From: an uncultured Gemmataceae bacterium
Lineage (GTDB): Bacteria > Planctomycetota > Planctomycetia > Gemmatales > Gemmataceae
Assembly: GCA_963750165.1 (NCBI GenBank)
Contig: CAVVPN010000011.1
Span: 1,088,001-1,152,000, forward strand
Reading direction: 5' to 3'
DNA length: 64,000 nucleotides
How positions within the stretch are numbered: the stretch's first letter is position 1; every line of letters starts with the position of its first letter. The notes beneath the pieces were generated by a model. The model was not told the origin of the DNA. It saw only the letters and a program-made list of their open reading frames with translations, and did not search any database. The position numbers and the translations under genes were made by a program. Below, piece by piece: positions 41,339-53,172 of the stretch.

Positions 41339-41705
41339 CCAGTGGCCGGACTTCGGGACCATGGTGAAGCCCAAGACCATCCGCAGCACCCTTTTGGAGG
41401 AGGGCAGTGGTATTTCCGAAAGGACCAAGGGGGAGATTCGTTTCGATGTCGAAACGAGTCCATTTGGCCAAGGAGGGTTTGAGCACCGCTGCTCTCTGGT
41501 GGTCCCAAAAATTGCCTACCGCTACCCCTTGCTCCGCGTCGTCCAGGAGGGCATTGACGACTACCCGGTCAATGTGGTCGCTGACCTGTGGCCACAAGGT
41601 GCGAACGCCGGCGACGAACAAGCCCTCCGGGAGAAACTGGGAATGGTCTTCCGATCAGACCTCACGAAAAAAATTGTGCTTCAACTTCTGGAACTGCTGT
41701 CGTGA
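41331..41705 (+). CDS. Hypothetical protein coupled to the EEP gene
   Basis: Overlaps the EEP stop by 8 nt; same lower-GC composition. Confidence 0.7.
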   Translation: MINQWPDFGTMVKPKTIRSTLLEEGSGISERTKGEIRFDVETSPFGQGGFEHRCSLVVPKIAYRYPLLRVVQEGIDDYPVNVVADLWPQGANAGDEQALREKLGMVFRSDLTKKIVLQLLELLS

Positions 41706-41816
41706 ACGAGCAGGTAAAGGTGCGACGGAGCACTGGCTCGCCGTCTCCATCGCAATTTTTTACACCGGCGCGCGGCTTCGCCGCGCCGCCGCATCCAGAG
41801 GTTGGGGAGCGCACAC

Positions 41817-42386
41817 ATGACCGACGAGCCGACCATCACCACCGATCACCTGGAGCGCTACCGCCACTACCTGTCGCTCCTGGCCCGGCTGCAGCTGGAC
41901 GCCCGGTTGCAAGGCAAACTCGATGCGTCCGACGTGGTGCAGCAGACGCTGCTGCAGGCGCACGCTAACCTCGCCCAGTTCCGCGGTCGTGGCGACGCCG
42001 AGCTGGCCGGATGGCTGCGGCAGATCCTGGCCAACACCCTGGCCACCGCTCGCCGTCGCTTCAGCACCGAGGCCCGCGACGTGACCCGCGAACGCGCCCT
42101 CGAACTCGACCTGGAACAGTCCGCCCTGCGCCTCGACCTGCTCGCCGCCGAGCAGTCCACGCCCAGCCAGCATGTCGCCCACGCCGAGCAACTGGTCCGC
42201 CTGGCCGAGGCCCTGCTGACGCTGCCCGAGGAGCAGCGGCAGGCCGTCGAACTGCACCACCTCAAGGGCTTGACCGTCGCCGCGGTTGCTGAGCGGCTGG
42301 GCAAAACCAAGGAGTCCGTCGTTGGCCTGCTCTTCCGCGGGTTGAAAAAACTCCGCGGACTGCTGGCCGAGGAGGAGCCGCACTGA
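41817..42386 (+). CDS. ECF sigma-70 factor (planctomycete kinase-associated type)
   Basis: LERYR.YL.LLAR, DASDVVQQT, WLRQIL, STPSQ, region 4 HTH. Confidence 0.92.
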   Translation: MTDEPTITTDHLERYRHYLSLLARLQLDARLQGKLDASDVVQQTLLQAHANLAQFRGRGDAELAGWLRQILANTLATARRRFSTEARDVTRERALELDLEQSALRLDLLAAEQSTPSQHVAHAEQLVRLAEALLTLPEEQRQAVELHHLKGLTVAAVAERLGKTKESVVGLLFRGLKKLRGLLAEEEPH

Positions 42387-42389
42387 GCC

Positions 42390-44717
42390 ATGAACACCGA
42401 CACTCAGGATCGCGAAGATCGTTTGAATCAGGTGCTGCTCACGTACATTGAGGCGGAGCAGGCCGGGCAGGCGCCGCAGCTCGGCAAGCTGCTGCTCGAT
42501 CATCCCGAGTTCGCCGAGGAACTACTGGAGTTCATCGCCGGCCGCCGGCAGCTGGAGCGCCTGGCCGGCCGCGCTCCCACGGCGGCCCACCCGGCCCGGG
42601 CCGCGGACACGGGGCCGGAGTTGTGGCCGATCAACCACGGCAGCGAACGCGGCACCATCGGCGACTTCCGCATCCTGCGCGAGATCGGCCGCGGCGGCAT
42701 GGGCGTCGTTTACGAGGCCGAGCAGGTGTCATTGCAGCGGCGGGTTGCGCTGAAGGTGCTGCCGTTCGCCGCCGCCCTCGACCCCAAGCAGTTGTCGCGC
42801 TTCAAACACGAGGCCCAGGCGGCGGCCCATCTGCACCACACGCACATCGTGCCGGTCTACGGCATCGGCTACGACCGCGGCTATCACTACTACGCCATGC
42901 AGTTCATTGAGGGCCAGAGCCTGGCCGCAGTCGTGCAGCGGCTGCGCCAGGAGGCCCGGCCGGCCGCCGCGCCATCCGAACTGTCGCTGGAAGCGACCGT
43001 ACACCTGCCGACCGGCACCCCGGACACGATGGTCGTGGCGGCATTCTCGACGCAGCGCGCCGCCGACCGCCGGGCGTATTTCTTGCGCGTGGCCGAGCTG
43101 GGCCTGAAGGCCGCCGAGGCGCTGGAGCACGCGCATCAGCTCGGCGTCATCCACCGTGACATCAAGCCCGCCAACCTGCTGCTGGACGTGGCCGGCCACC
43201 TGTGGATCACCGACTTCGGCCTGGCGCTCATCCAGGACCAGGGCGGTCTGACGATGACCGGCGAACTGCTGGGCACGCTGCGCTACATGAGCCCCGAACA
43301 GGCCGCCGGCCGCCGCGCCGGCATCGACCACCGCACCGATATCTACTCCCTCGGGGCGACGCTGTACGAACTGCTGACGCTGGAGCCGGCGGCCCAGGGC
43401 GAGGATCGCCATGAACTGCTGGCGCGCATCACCCACGGCCAGCCGCGGCCGCCGCGGGCCATCGACCCGGCCATCCCGGTCGAGCTGGAGACCGTCGTGC
43501 TCAAGGCGCTGGCGGAGCAGCCCACTGACCGCTACGCCACCGCCCAGGAACTGGCCAACGACCTGCGCCGCTTCCTCGAAGACCGGCCGATCCTGGCACG
43601 ACGGCCGACGTTGCTGGATCGGGCGCGGAAGTGGGGCAAGCGCAACCGCGGCTTGGTCACCGCCGCGGTGGCGCTGCTGGCGCTGGCGGCGGTCGGGCTG
43701 CTGGTCAGCACGCTGTTGATTCTGGGGCAGTACAACGCCGCCCAGGCCGCCTTCGAGCGCGAGCGACTGAAGGCGCGCGAGGCCGAGGAGCAGCGCGCCT
43801 TCGCCGTCGAGCAGCGGGCCCGCGCCGAGCGCAGCTTCCAGCAGGCGCTCAAGGCGGTCAACTTCTTCCGGGAGATCAGTGAGAAGGAACTGGTCAACAC
43901 CGCGTTTTCGCAGAACGTGCGCAAGAAACTGCTGGAGGCGGCCCTGGAGTACTACCAGGCGTTTCTGGAGGAGCGCGGCGACGACCCAACGCTGCAGCAG
44001 GAACTGGCCGCCAGCCGCGCCACCGTGCGCAAACTGCTGGGCGAACTGGCCTCGCTGCAAAGCTCCGGCCAGTTTCTGCTGCTCAAGGAGCCGACGGTTC
44101 GCGACGACCTGGCCCTGTCGCCGGAACAGCGGGCGGAGGTGGACGAGGTGGTGAAAAAGCAGGAGAAAACGTGGGGCGAATTGTTCCCGCGGATGTCGCT
44201 GGGTTCGCAACCGGAGCGCGAGCGGTTGCTGGTGGAGTGGGCCCGCGCCGGCGAAGGGGAGGTCACCCGCGTGTTGACGCCCCGCCAGGCCCGGCGGCTG
44301 GGCCAGCTTCTACTGCAAGTGCAGCAGCGCGGTCCACAGGGCTTCTCCTCCGGCCGCGTCGCCGACACGCTGAAGTTGAGCGCGACCCAGAAGGAGCAGG
44401 TGCGCACGCTGCAGGAGAAAGCCAACTTCACCGTGTACAAGCTCCTGGCCGAAAAGACGTCGCCTGACGAGATGCACCGCAAAACCAACGTTTTGTGGGA
44501 CGAAGTGCAGGGCAAGGTGTTATCCCTGCTCACGCCTGAACAGCAGACGCGCTGGCGGAACCTGGTCGGTGAGCCGTTCCGCGGCGAACTGCGGGCGCCG
44601 ACGGCCCTGGCGTTCGGGGCGCCGTTCTACGCACCGAACGGGCCGTTCGGCCACGGCGGTCCGCCCTTCGGGAAGGGGCCGAAGGGGCCGAAGGGGCCGA
44701 AAGGGCCGGGCCATTGA
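42390..44717 (+). CDS. Membrane Ser/Thr protein kinase
   Basis: GRGGMG, HRDIKPAN, DFG, YMSPEQ; TM helix; C-terminal LTxxQ repeats. Confidence 0.92.
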   Translation: MNTDTQDREDRLNQVLLTYIEAEQAGQAPQLGKLLLDHPEFAEELLEFIAGRRQLERLAGRAPTAAHPARAADTGPELWPINHGSERGTIGDFRILREIGRGGMGVVYEAEQVSLQRRVALKVLPFAAALDPKQLSRFKHEAQAAAHLHHTHIVPVYGIGYDRGYHYYAMQFIEGQSLAAVVQRLRQEARPAAAPSELSLEATVHLPTGTPDTMVVAAFSTQRAADRRAYFLRVAELGLKAAEALEHAHQLGVIHRDIKPANLLLDVAGHLWITDFGLALIQDQGGLTMTGELLGTLRYMSPEQAAGRRAGIDHRTDIYSLGATLYELLTLEPAAQGEDRHELLARITHGQPRPPRAIDPAIPVELETVVLKALAEQPTDRYATAQELANDLRRFLEDRPILARRPTLLDRARKWGKRNRGLVTAAVALLALAAVGLLVSTLLILGQYNAAQAAFERERLKAREAEEQRAFAVEQRARAERSFQQALKAVNFFREISEKELVNTAFSQNVRKKLLEAALEYYQAFLEERGDDPTLQQELAASRATVRKLLGELASLQSSGQFLLLKEPTVRDDLALSPEQRAEVDEVVKKQEKTWGELFPRMSLGSQPERERLLVEWARAGEGEVTRVLTPRQARRLGQLLLQVQQRGPQGFSSGRVADTLKLSATQKEQVRTLQEKANFTVYKLLAEKTSPDEMHRKTNVLWDEVQGKVLSLLTPEQQTRWRNLVGEPFRGELRAPTALAFGAPFYAPNGPFGHGGPPFGKGPKGPKGPKGPGH

Positions 44718-44775
44718 TCGCGGCCGCGCACGGCCGGTCGGAAACGTTGAAACAACCTCTGTTGGGAGAACGCGT

Positions 44776-45468
44776 ATGCGTACCGTCCGAAGGTTCCTGA
44801 CCGCCCTGATTTTGCTCAGCCCGGCCGCCGTGTCCGCCCAGCCGCCCGGGCCGCCGCCGCCGCCGCCGCTGCTGCCGCCGGCCCACCTGATGCTCCACCA
44901 GAAGTCGGTGCAGGACGAACTGCGCCTGACCCAGCAACAGGCCGTCCAAATTCATCAGGTGATGCTTCAGGAAATGCAGCGGATGAAGCAGCTGATGGCC
45001 GGCAAGCGCCCCGGCGAGGGGCCGCCGCCGATGATGCACGAGCACTTCAAGGAAATAGACAAGAAGATCCTGGCGGTGCTGTCGAAGGCGCAGCAGAAAC
45101 GGCTGCGGGAAGTCACGCTGCAGGTCGTGACGCCGCGGGTGTTCACCGACGCAGACGTGGCCGCGGAACTGAAACTGGACGAGGAGCAGCAACAGCAGAT
45201 GCGCGCCCTGCTCGACCAGGCCACGCAGGACCAGCGGAAATTGATGCAGGGCAACCTGCAACCGGCGGTCCACCAGCAGAAACTGGCCGCCCTGAAAAAG
45301 AGCGTCACCGCCAAGACCCTCAACGTGTTAACGAGCGAACAGCGCAGCCAGTGGTCGGCGATGACCGGCAAGGCGTTCAAAGGTCAGGTCCACCTGCCGC
45401 CACCGCCGCCGATGGGCTTCGGTCCGCCACCCAAAGGCCCCATGCCGCAGCAGCTGCAAGCGCCGTGA
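44776..45468 (+). CDS. Secreted Spy/CpxP-like (LTxxQ repeat) protein
   Basis: Signal peptide, ELRLTQQQ, LSKAQ, LTSEQ. Confidence 0.7.
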   Translation: MRTVRRFLTALILLSPAAVSAQPPGPPPPPPLLPPAHLMLHQKSVQDELRLTQQQAVQIHQVMLQEMQRMKQLMAGKRPGEGPPPMMHEHFKEIDKKILAVLSKAQQKRLREVTLQVVTPRVFTDADVAAELKLDEEQQQQMRALLDQATQDQRKLMQGNLQPAVHQQKLAALKKSVTAKTLNVLTSEQRSQWSAMTGKAFKGQVHLPPPPPMGFGPPPKGPMPQQLQAP

Positions 45469-45483
45469 ATGTTCGTGATGGGT

Positions 45484-45529
45484 CCGAACCCGAGCGCCAG
45501 CGCGGGACAGCGCTGGCGCTCGGGCTCCG
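45484..45529. repeat. REP-like hairpin between convergent genes
   Basis: CCCGAGCGCCAGCGC...GCGCTGGCGCTCGGG inverted repeat. Confidence 0.65.
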
Positions 45530-45540
45530 ACCAGGAAGCC

Positions 45541-46827
45541 TTACGGGGCCAGGTCCACGCACACCAGGTTTTTGTGGTCGCGCGCATACAGCCGGCCGTT
45601 GACCAGCGCCGGCGCCGCCCAGCTGCGGGCGCCGAGCAACCCGGTCAACTCGCCCTTGAGGACGAAGCGCTGCGGATTGCACTCGACAACGCGCAGGTTA
45701 CCGGTCGCGCTCAGGCAGAACAGGTGCCCCTGCGCCGCCACGAACGACGACTTCTCCGTGCCGCGGTCCGCCCAGAGAATCTTGCCCGTCTTGAGGTCCA
45801 TGCAGCGCAGCGTGTAGCCGCTCAGTGTGCCGTTGGTGCCGTACAGGTGGCCGTCGTGGACCATGCTGGTGGCGAACTCGTTCTGCATGTTCTTGTGGAA
45901 CCATTTCGTCTTCGGCACCATGCGGTCGCCCTCGGTCTGGAACTTGAGCGCGGTGCAGCCGGTGCCGTAGCCGGAGCAGGCGTACAACACGTTGTCCACC
46001 CACAGCGGCGTGGCGCAGTTGCAGTTGTAGGGGTTGCCGAAGACGTACCGCCACAGCAGCGTGCCCTTCGCCGGGTCGATGCCGAGCAACGCCCGCGCCG
46101 TGGTCACAACGGCGACGCGGCGGCCGGCAAGCGTGATGACGATGGGCGAGGCGTAGGCGGGCGGGTCGTCGCCGAGCTTCCAGACGAGCTTGCCGGTGGC
46201 CTTGTGGAAGGCCGCGACCGAGTTGCCCTTGCTGCCGCCGGGCTGCACGATGACCACGTCGCCCATGACCAGCGGCGAAGCGGCCAGGCCCCAGAAGTAG
46301 AGCTGCCCGGTGCGGTTCTCGGCGCCCGTGTCCTTCAGGGCGTTGGCCTGCCAGCGCACCGTGCCGTCGGCGGCGTCCAGGCAGTAGAGTTCGCCGAGCG
46401 GGAACAGGCAGTAGAGCTTGCCGTTGTGGTAGGTCGGCGTCGCGCGCGGGCCGTAGCCCTGTTTCTGGTAATCGACGTAGCTGGGGGCGAGGTCGCGGGC
46501 CCACAGTTCCTTGCCGCTGGCGGCGTTGAGGCACACGACGTACTGCCGGTTGTCGCGCTCCGCCTGCGTGTAGATGCGGCCCTTCACGACCGCCAGCGAT
46601 GAGTAGCCCTTGCCGAGCGGCACCTTCCAGAGCACCTTCGGCGGTTTCTTGTTCCAATCGACGTTGAGGCCGGTTTCCGGCGACAGGCCATTGCGGTCGG
46701 GGCCGAGGAAGCAGGGCCAGTCGCGGCCGGCGGGCGGCTGCGCCGTCGTGGCACCGGCCAACGTCAGGGCCAGCGCCACGACGGCGAGGGCAATGCGGCA
46801 ATGTTTCGACAAGGAACACCTCATCAA
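45541..46827 (-). CDS. PQQ-like beta-propeller (BamB-like) secreted protein
   Basis: DWP.FLGP.RNG, GYSS, repeated CL.A..G...W, YASP. Confidence 0.88.
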   Translation of the reverse strand: MMRCSLSKHCRIALAVVALALTLAGATTAQPPAGRDWPCFLGPDRNGLSPETGLNVDWNKKPPKVLWKVPLGKGYSSLAVVKGRIYTQAERDNRQYVVCLNAASGKELWARDLAPSYVDYQKQGYGPRATPTYHNGKLYCLFPLGELYCLDAADGTVRWQANALKDTGAENRTGQLYFWGLAASPLVMGDVVIVQPGGSKGNSVAAFHKATGKLVWKLGDDPPAYASPIVITLAGRRVAVVTTARALLGIDPAKGTLLWRYVFGNPYNCNCATPLWVDNVLYACSGYGTGCTALKFQTEGDRMVPKTKWFHKNMQNEFATSMVHDGHLYGTNGTLSGYTLRCMDLKTGKILWADRGTEKSSFVAAQGHLFCLSATGNLRVVECNPQRFVLKGELTGLLGARSWAAPALVNGRLYARDHKNLVCVDLAP

Positions 46828-49250
46828 TGGTTAAACACAAACTCCAGCGTGTTGAGCAGGCTCCACGCCAGATCCTCGACCGCCTGGCGGCGCTGCCCCG
46901 CGTTGGCTCGCAGATACTCCAGCGCCACCGCTCGCTCGCGCGTCGTCGGCGGCCGGCTGAAGAAGGTCAAATAAAGCTCCTCGACCAGCGGCCCATCCCT
47001 GGCGTGCGTCCGCACCATCCGGGCCACGGTGCCGCCCTCGTGGCTGAGCTTCGCCTGGATCTCGGGGGCGTTGAGCAGGTGCAGCACCTGCGCGACCGCC
47101 GGCTCGGCATTGCGCTCGCATTCGCAGGTGCTGAGGCGCACCGGCCGGCCGAACACCTTCAGAAAATAATGCGGCACCTTGCTGTCCCACAGCTGGATGG
47201 CCCGCGCCCCCGGCGGCACCCCGGCGAACTTCTCACCGACGCCCGTCGTCTGCGACACCATGTCGAGCAGCACTTCCGCGTCGATGCGCCGGAACAGCGC
47301 CCGCGAGTAATTCTGCTCGTCCTTCGCGTTGGTTTCATTCGGCCGCGAGGAAAGTTGATAGGTGCGCGACGCGGTGATGGCCCGGATCAGTTGCTTTACG
47401 TCGAATTTGTGCTTGACGAGGTGTGCCGCCAGGGCGTCGAGCAGCTCGGGGTTGCTGGGCGGGTTGGTGGCGCGCACGTCGTCTACCGGCTCGACCAGGC
47501 CGCGACCGAGGAAGTGCGCCCACAGCCGATTGGCGAGGTTGCGCGCGAACCACGGATTGTCCGCCGCGGTCAGCCACGCCGCCAGCGCCGGTCGGCGGTC
47601 GCCCTTCTGCGACGTGGTGGGCATCTTCGTGTCCAGCGCATGCGCGAACACCAGCTGACCGGTGCGCGGGTGCCGCGTCGGCGGGTCGCCCAGGGCCAGC
47701 AGCAGCTCGTCCTTCGCCGTCTTCTTCAGCGTCACCGGGGCGAAGAACGCCTGCATGCCGTAGTAGTCCGTCTGGCTCCAGCGGTCGAAGGGGTGATGGT
47801 GGCACTCGGCGCAGGCGATGCGGACGCCGAGAAACACCTGCGACAGCGAGCTGGCCGCCGCGCCGGGTTTGGTCACGACCTTGTAGAAATTGGCCGGCCC
47901 GTTCTCCGACAACGGCCCCTCCGCGGTGAGCAGCTCGCGGACGAACTGGTCATACGGCTTGTTGGCCGCCAGGCTGTCGCGAATCCAGCGGTAGTAAGCG
48001 TAGGCCCGCTTGTGGCCCAGCGCCTGCCGATCGACGCGCAGCAAATCCGCCCATTTGAGCGCCCAGTAGTCCGCGCACTCCGGCCGCTCCAGCAGGGCAT
48101 CGACCAGCCGCGCCCGCCGGTCGGGCCGCTGGTCCGCCAGGAATTTCTTGGCCTCGTCCGCGGTCGGCAGTGTGCCGATCACGTCGAGGTAGACGCGCCG
48201 CAGAAAATCCGCATCGTCCACCAGGTCGGCGGGCAGGATGTGCAATTTCTGCAACTTGCGGTGGACGTGCGCGTCGATGAAGTTGTGTTCCGGCAGTTTT
48301 GGATAGACCTTGATGCGCGGGCGGCGCGGCAGCACTGCGCGGAAGACGGCGACGGCGTTTTGAAAGCTCGCCATGACCGCCGCCTCGCCGGGCACTTCAC
48401 CGGCGCTGACCAGCCCGTCCGCGTTGACCGCGGCCAGGCCCTCGTTGTTCGACTGGAACTTCGCGTGTGCCGTCACGTCGGCTTCGCGGCCGTCGCCGTA
48501 GGTGGCGACCACCCGCAGCTGCTGCGCGGCCTTCGGGTCCAGCAACCGCTCGGCCGGCTCAACGCGAATGCGGATCACGCGCGGCGCCTGCGGGTCGCCG
48601 ATGGGAACACCGGCGGCAATCCAGTCGCGCAGCGTGCGGTACTCCACCGTGTCGCGGCCGATGCGGACGCCGCCGCCGTGAGCCGTCGTGCCGGACGCCT
48701 TCGTCAGCAACAGGCTGTGTTCCGGCGCCGCAGGTAGCACCCGGCGGCCGCGACCCTCCTTCACCAGCGCCGCGTAGTCGGCCGCCGGGTCGAAACCGAA
48801 TACCGACAGCTTGAAGCCGTTCTGCCCTTCGGCGTTGCCGTGACAGCCGGAAGCGTTGCAGCCGAAGCGGCTCAGCAGCGGCTCGATGTCGTTCTCGAAG
48901 TGGAACTGCTGCGGCAGCCGCGCGTCCTGGACCTGCACCCGGACGGCGAGTTTGCGACCCTGGGCCTGCACCTCAATGATGGCGTCCCCGTCCGCGACGC
49001 CGCGGACCACGCCGGCGCTACTGACCGCGGCGACTTTCGGTTGCAGCGACCGGAAGCGGGCGTCGCGCGTCAGGTCGATGAGCTGGCCATCGGCGGTCTT
49101 GCCGTGGACCAGCAGCGACCAGCTGGCGGTCGGGCCGCGCAGGGCGACGGCGGCCGGATCGACGGTCACGTTCAGGACGGCGGACTGGGCGGGGAGGCGC
49201 ACGGCGGCGGCCAGCAGCACGACCAGGGCCAGGCCAGTTCGGTGCGTCAC
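46824..49250 (-). CDS. DUF1549/DUF1553 protein with Ig-like domains
   Basis: GCNASGCHG, FLRRVYLDVIGTLP, CAECHHHP, NRLWAHFLGRGLVEPVDD, EFVFNH. Confidence 0.92.
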   Translation of the reverse strand: MTHRTGLALVVLLAAAVRLPAQSAVLNVTVDPAAVALRGPTASWSLLVHGKTADGQLIDLTRDARFRSLQPKVAAVSSAGVVRGVADGDAIIEVQAQGRKLAVRVQVQDARLPQQFHFENDIEPLLSRFGCNASGCHGNAEGQNGFKLSVFGFDPAADYAALVKEGRGRRVLPAAPEHSLLLTKASGTTAHGGGVRIGRDTVEYRTLRDWIAAGVPIGDPQAPRVIRIRVEPAERLLDPKAAQQLRVVATYGDGREADVTAHAKFQSNNEGLAAVNADGLVSAGEVPGEAAVMASFQNAVAVFRAVLPRRPRIKVYPKLPEHNFIDAHVHRKLQKLHILPADLVDDADFLRRVYLDVIGTLPTADEAKKFLADQRPDRRARLVDALLERPECADYWALKWADLLRVDRQALGHKRAYAYYRWIRDSLAANKPYDQFVRELLTAEGPLSENGPANFYKVVTKPGAAASSLSQVFLGVRIACAECHHHPFDRWSQTDYYGMQAFFAPVTLKKTAKDELLLALGDPPTRHPRTGQLVFAHALDTKMPTTSQKGDRRPALAAWLTAADNPWFARNLANRLWAHFLGRGLVEPVDDVRATNPPSNPELLDALAAHLVKHKFDVKQLIRAITASRTYQLSSRPNETNAKDEQNYSRALFRRIDAEVLLDMVSQTTGVGEKFAGVPPGARAIQLWDSKVPHYFLKVFGRPVRLSTCECERNAEPAVAQVLHLLNAPEIQAKLSHEGGTVARMVRTHARDGPLVEELYLTFFSRPPTTRERAVALEYLRANAGQRRQAVEDLAWSLLNTLEFVFNH

Positions 49251-49365
49251 AGGTGGGATCCTTTCGGCTCGGGGACAGCGCGGGCGCAGGCGGGAAGGCA
49301 AGCAGTGGTGGGGTGGGCAAAAAAGCCCCGGAAGTTGTTGTACCCTTCCGGGGCCGCGATTGCCA

Positions 49366-49848
49366 TCAGAAACCGCCGTTGAGCCACTGAATCAGGCCGG
49401 CGCGGACCTGACCGCGGCGCAGCAGTGTGGTGACCTCCTTGTCTTTGCGGACCATTTCGAGGATGTTGCTGCCGAGGTCCGCTGCCAGGAAGGGGGCGAC
49501 GATGCCGTCGCGCTCGCCGACCTCGATGTCTTCTAGCTTACCGCGGGCGCTGAAGTTGAAGCACAGCGACGAATAAAACTCCACACCGATGAAGTTCTTG
49601 AAGTTGTACCGGGCGACGATTTGAAACCCGTCGCCGGAAGGGGAGGACACCGAAACCTCAGTGGACTGGTGAGTCGCCGTCGGGTGCATGAGTCGGGTGA
49701 TGAGCCCGATTTCGGACTCCAGCAATCGTTTGGCCCGCTCAACAGGGCTCTTGGTCTGGGCCTGCGCCCCGGTTGCGGTCAGCGCCCCGGCCAGCAGCGC
49801 CAGCGCCACCACCGCTCGCCATTTCAATCCGCCTGGATTCGCCAGCAT
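49366..49848 (-). CDS. Hypothetical secreted protein
   Basis: Signal peptide (AQA), GGAG RBS. Confidence 0.65.
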   Translation of the reverse strand: MLANPGGLKWRAVVALALLAGALTATGAQAQTKSPVERAKRLLESEIGLITRLMHPTATHQSTEVSVSSPSGDGFQIVARYNFKNFIGVEFYSSLCFNFSARGKLEDIEVGERDGIVAPFLAADLGSNILEMVRKDKEVTTLLRRGQVRAGLIQWLNGGF

Positions 49849-49945
49849 GGTCCGTTCTCCGCGCGTGCAGGCACCCTCTGCTACCGACGCACGAGATCAT
49901 GGCGTGCAGGTTCTTTCGATAAGAGGGGTTGTGCCTGCTGGGTGG

Positions 49946-49975
49946 ATTCTAGCGGATAAAAAAGCGGACTGTCAA
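49946..49975 (-). promoter_or_regulatory. Sigma70-like promoter
   Basis: TTGACA-N18-TAGAAT on the minus strand upstream of 49848. Confidence 0.5.
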
Positions 49976-50030
49976 GCGGGCGGGGTTTCTTTGCACGATG
50001 TAAATGGGAGTGCGGCCAGTGGGGTGAAGA

Positions 50031-50065
50031 AAAAACCCCCGCGGCCCTGGCTGAGCCCGCGGGGG
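50031..50065 (-). terminator. Rho-independent terminator after the 16S gene
   Basis: CCCCGCGG...CCGCGGGG stem followed by TTTTTT on the minus strand. Confidence 0.75.
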
Positions 50066-50280
50066 TATCTTTGTTCGATAGCACCGCCGATGCGTGGGTG
50101 GTACATGCTTTCCCCGGAAGTGAGATTCCGGGTAAGAATCATCCTTAGAAAGGAGGTGATCCAACCGCAGGTTCCCCTACGGTTACCTTGTTACGACTTA
50201 GTCCCAATCAGGAAGTTCGCCGTAGCCGCCGGTGAAGGCGTCTTCGGGCGCCCCTCCCTTTCGTGGCTTGACGGGCGGTG

Positions 50281-51134
<854 letters not shown>

Positions 51135-51296
51135 GTTGCTGACCTGCGATTACTAGCGATTCCAACTTCATGAAGGCGAGTTGCAGCCTTCAATCTGAAC
51201 TGGGGCCTGTTTTTTGGGATTGGCTCCCCCTCGCGGGTTGGCGTCCCTTTGTTCAGACCATTGTAGCACGTGTGCAGCCCTGGGCATAAAGGCCAT

Positions 51297-51332
<36 letters not shown>

Positions 51333-51415
51333 ACACCGGCAGTCCCTCCAGAGTCCCCGGCATGACCCGCTGGCAACTGGAGGCAAGGGTTTCGCTCGTT
51401 ATGGGACTTAACCCG

Positions 51416-51458
<43 letters not shown>

Positions 51459-51555
51459 GTAGGTTCCGGACTGGATACCGTTGGACTCACGTTTCCGCAA
51501 GTCTACTTCCTACCCCTTTCGGACATGTCAAGCCCAGGATAAGGTTCTTCGCGTA

Positions 51556-51644
<89 letters not shown>

Positions 51645-51710
51645 GGTACTTACCACTTTTGCTTCGGCAGTGAACCCATGTCAGTCCACTACCTAGTACC
51701 CATCGTTTAG

Positions 51711-51772
<62 letters not shown>

Positions 51773-52848
51773 AAGAGGTCCAGTGATGCGCTTTCGCCAC
51801 CGGCGTTCCTTCCGATATCAACGCATTTCACCGCTCCACCGGAAGTTCCCATCACCCCTACCTCGCTCGAGTCCAGCAGTTTCCAAGGCACTTCTCCAGT
51901 TAAGCTGGAGGCTTTCACCCCGGACTGGCCAGACCGCCTACGCGCCCTTTAAGCCCAGTGATTCCGAACAACGTTCGCACGGTTCGTCTTACCGCGGCTG
52001 CTGGCACGAACTTAGCCCGTGCTTATTCTTGGGGTCGGTCAACCTTGCGGCTTCCTCCCCCACTAAAGGGCTTTACAACCCGAAGGCCTTCATCGCCCAC
52101 GCGGCGTCGCTCGGTCAGGCTTGCGCCCATTGCCGAAGATCCTCGACTGCAGCCTCCCGTAGGAGTCTGGCCAGTGTCTCAGTGCCAGTGGCGCGGGTCG
52201 TGCTCTCACACCCGCTAAGCATCTTCGCCACGGTGGGCCGTTACCCCGCCGTCTAGCTAATACTACATGAGCCCCTCCCAAGGCGAAATTCTCTCGTAAC
52301 AGGGGGATGCCCTCCCATTACCTCGCCCGGTATTACCCTCTCGTTAGAAAGGCTATCCCGATCCCCGGGGTAGGTTACCCATGCCTTACTGCCCCTTTCG
52401 CCACTTCCCCCAAGAGTTGCCCCCTGGGATTCGTTCGACTTGCATGCCTAATCCACGCCGCCAACGTTCGTTCTGAGCCAGGATCAAACCCTTCAAAATG
52501 TTATGCCATGCCTCCCCGGCACTTGCGTTCCGGGACGGCTGCACCATCGAAAAGTCTGAGATCGCCTATTATGGCATGACTCAAAGAATTCATCCGCAAT
52601 AACTTGCGCCATTGCGGGCGAGCAATGTGTCATGCCGTAACAGGCGTAACACACCCTCGCATTGGCTTGTTTTTGGTGCTATCGAATTGTCAAAGATCGA
52701 AGTTATTCCGAAGATTTAGAGCAATTACCCCTCAAAGAGGTTCACCCTTTTCTCCGAATTAATTGAAATTTCCGGCAAGTTAGGGTGAACCGCTTCACCC
52801 CTTCTTCCCGGCAATTTCACTGCCCCAGTTGTAATTGGGACATTTGTA

Positions 52849-52876
52849 ATGATAACGCCGGCCGCCCCTGTGTCAA
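52849..52876 (-). promoter_or_regulatory. Probable rRNA promoter
   Basis: TTGACA-N16-TATCAT with an upstream A/T tract, ~350 nt before the 16S. Confidence 0.65.
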
Positions 52877-53172
52877 CCCACCGGGGCAAAAAAAACGAAA
52901 AAAAGTCCACCGCCCCTCAAAACGCCATCCTTGAGGAGCCTGGACTCCATGCAGCGGTTGACTTTACGCGCCGGCCGTCTGCCGATCCGCACCCGCGTCG
53001 CCCTGGCATAAAAACGGGCAAGCGCGTCAAACCTGCGGTGCAGGGCCCTGTCCGGGTGGCCCGAATCGGGGGACGGCACTGGCGTTGTGACCGCCGCGCC
53101 GATACAAAAGACTATCCGGGGCAACCCGCCCTGATGTCAACAGGAATCTGTCCATTTTCTCTGGATTCTCAC

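Noticed and set aside
44673..44712. GAAGGGGCC 9-nt repeat
   Set aside because: Encodes the ordinary low-complexity GPK tail of the kinase.
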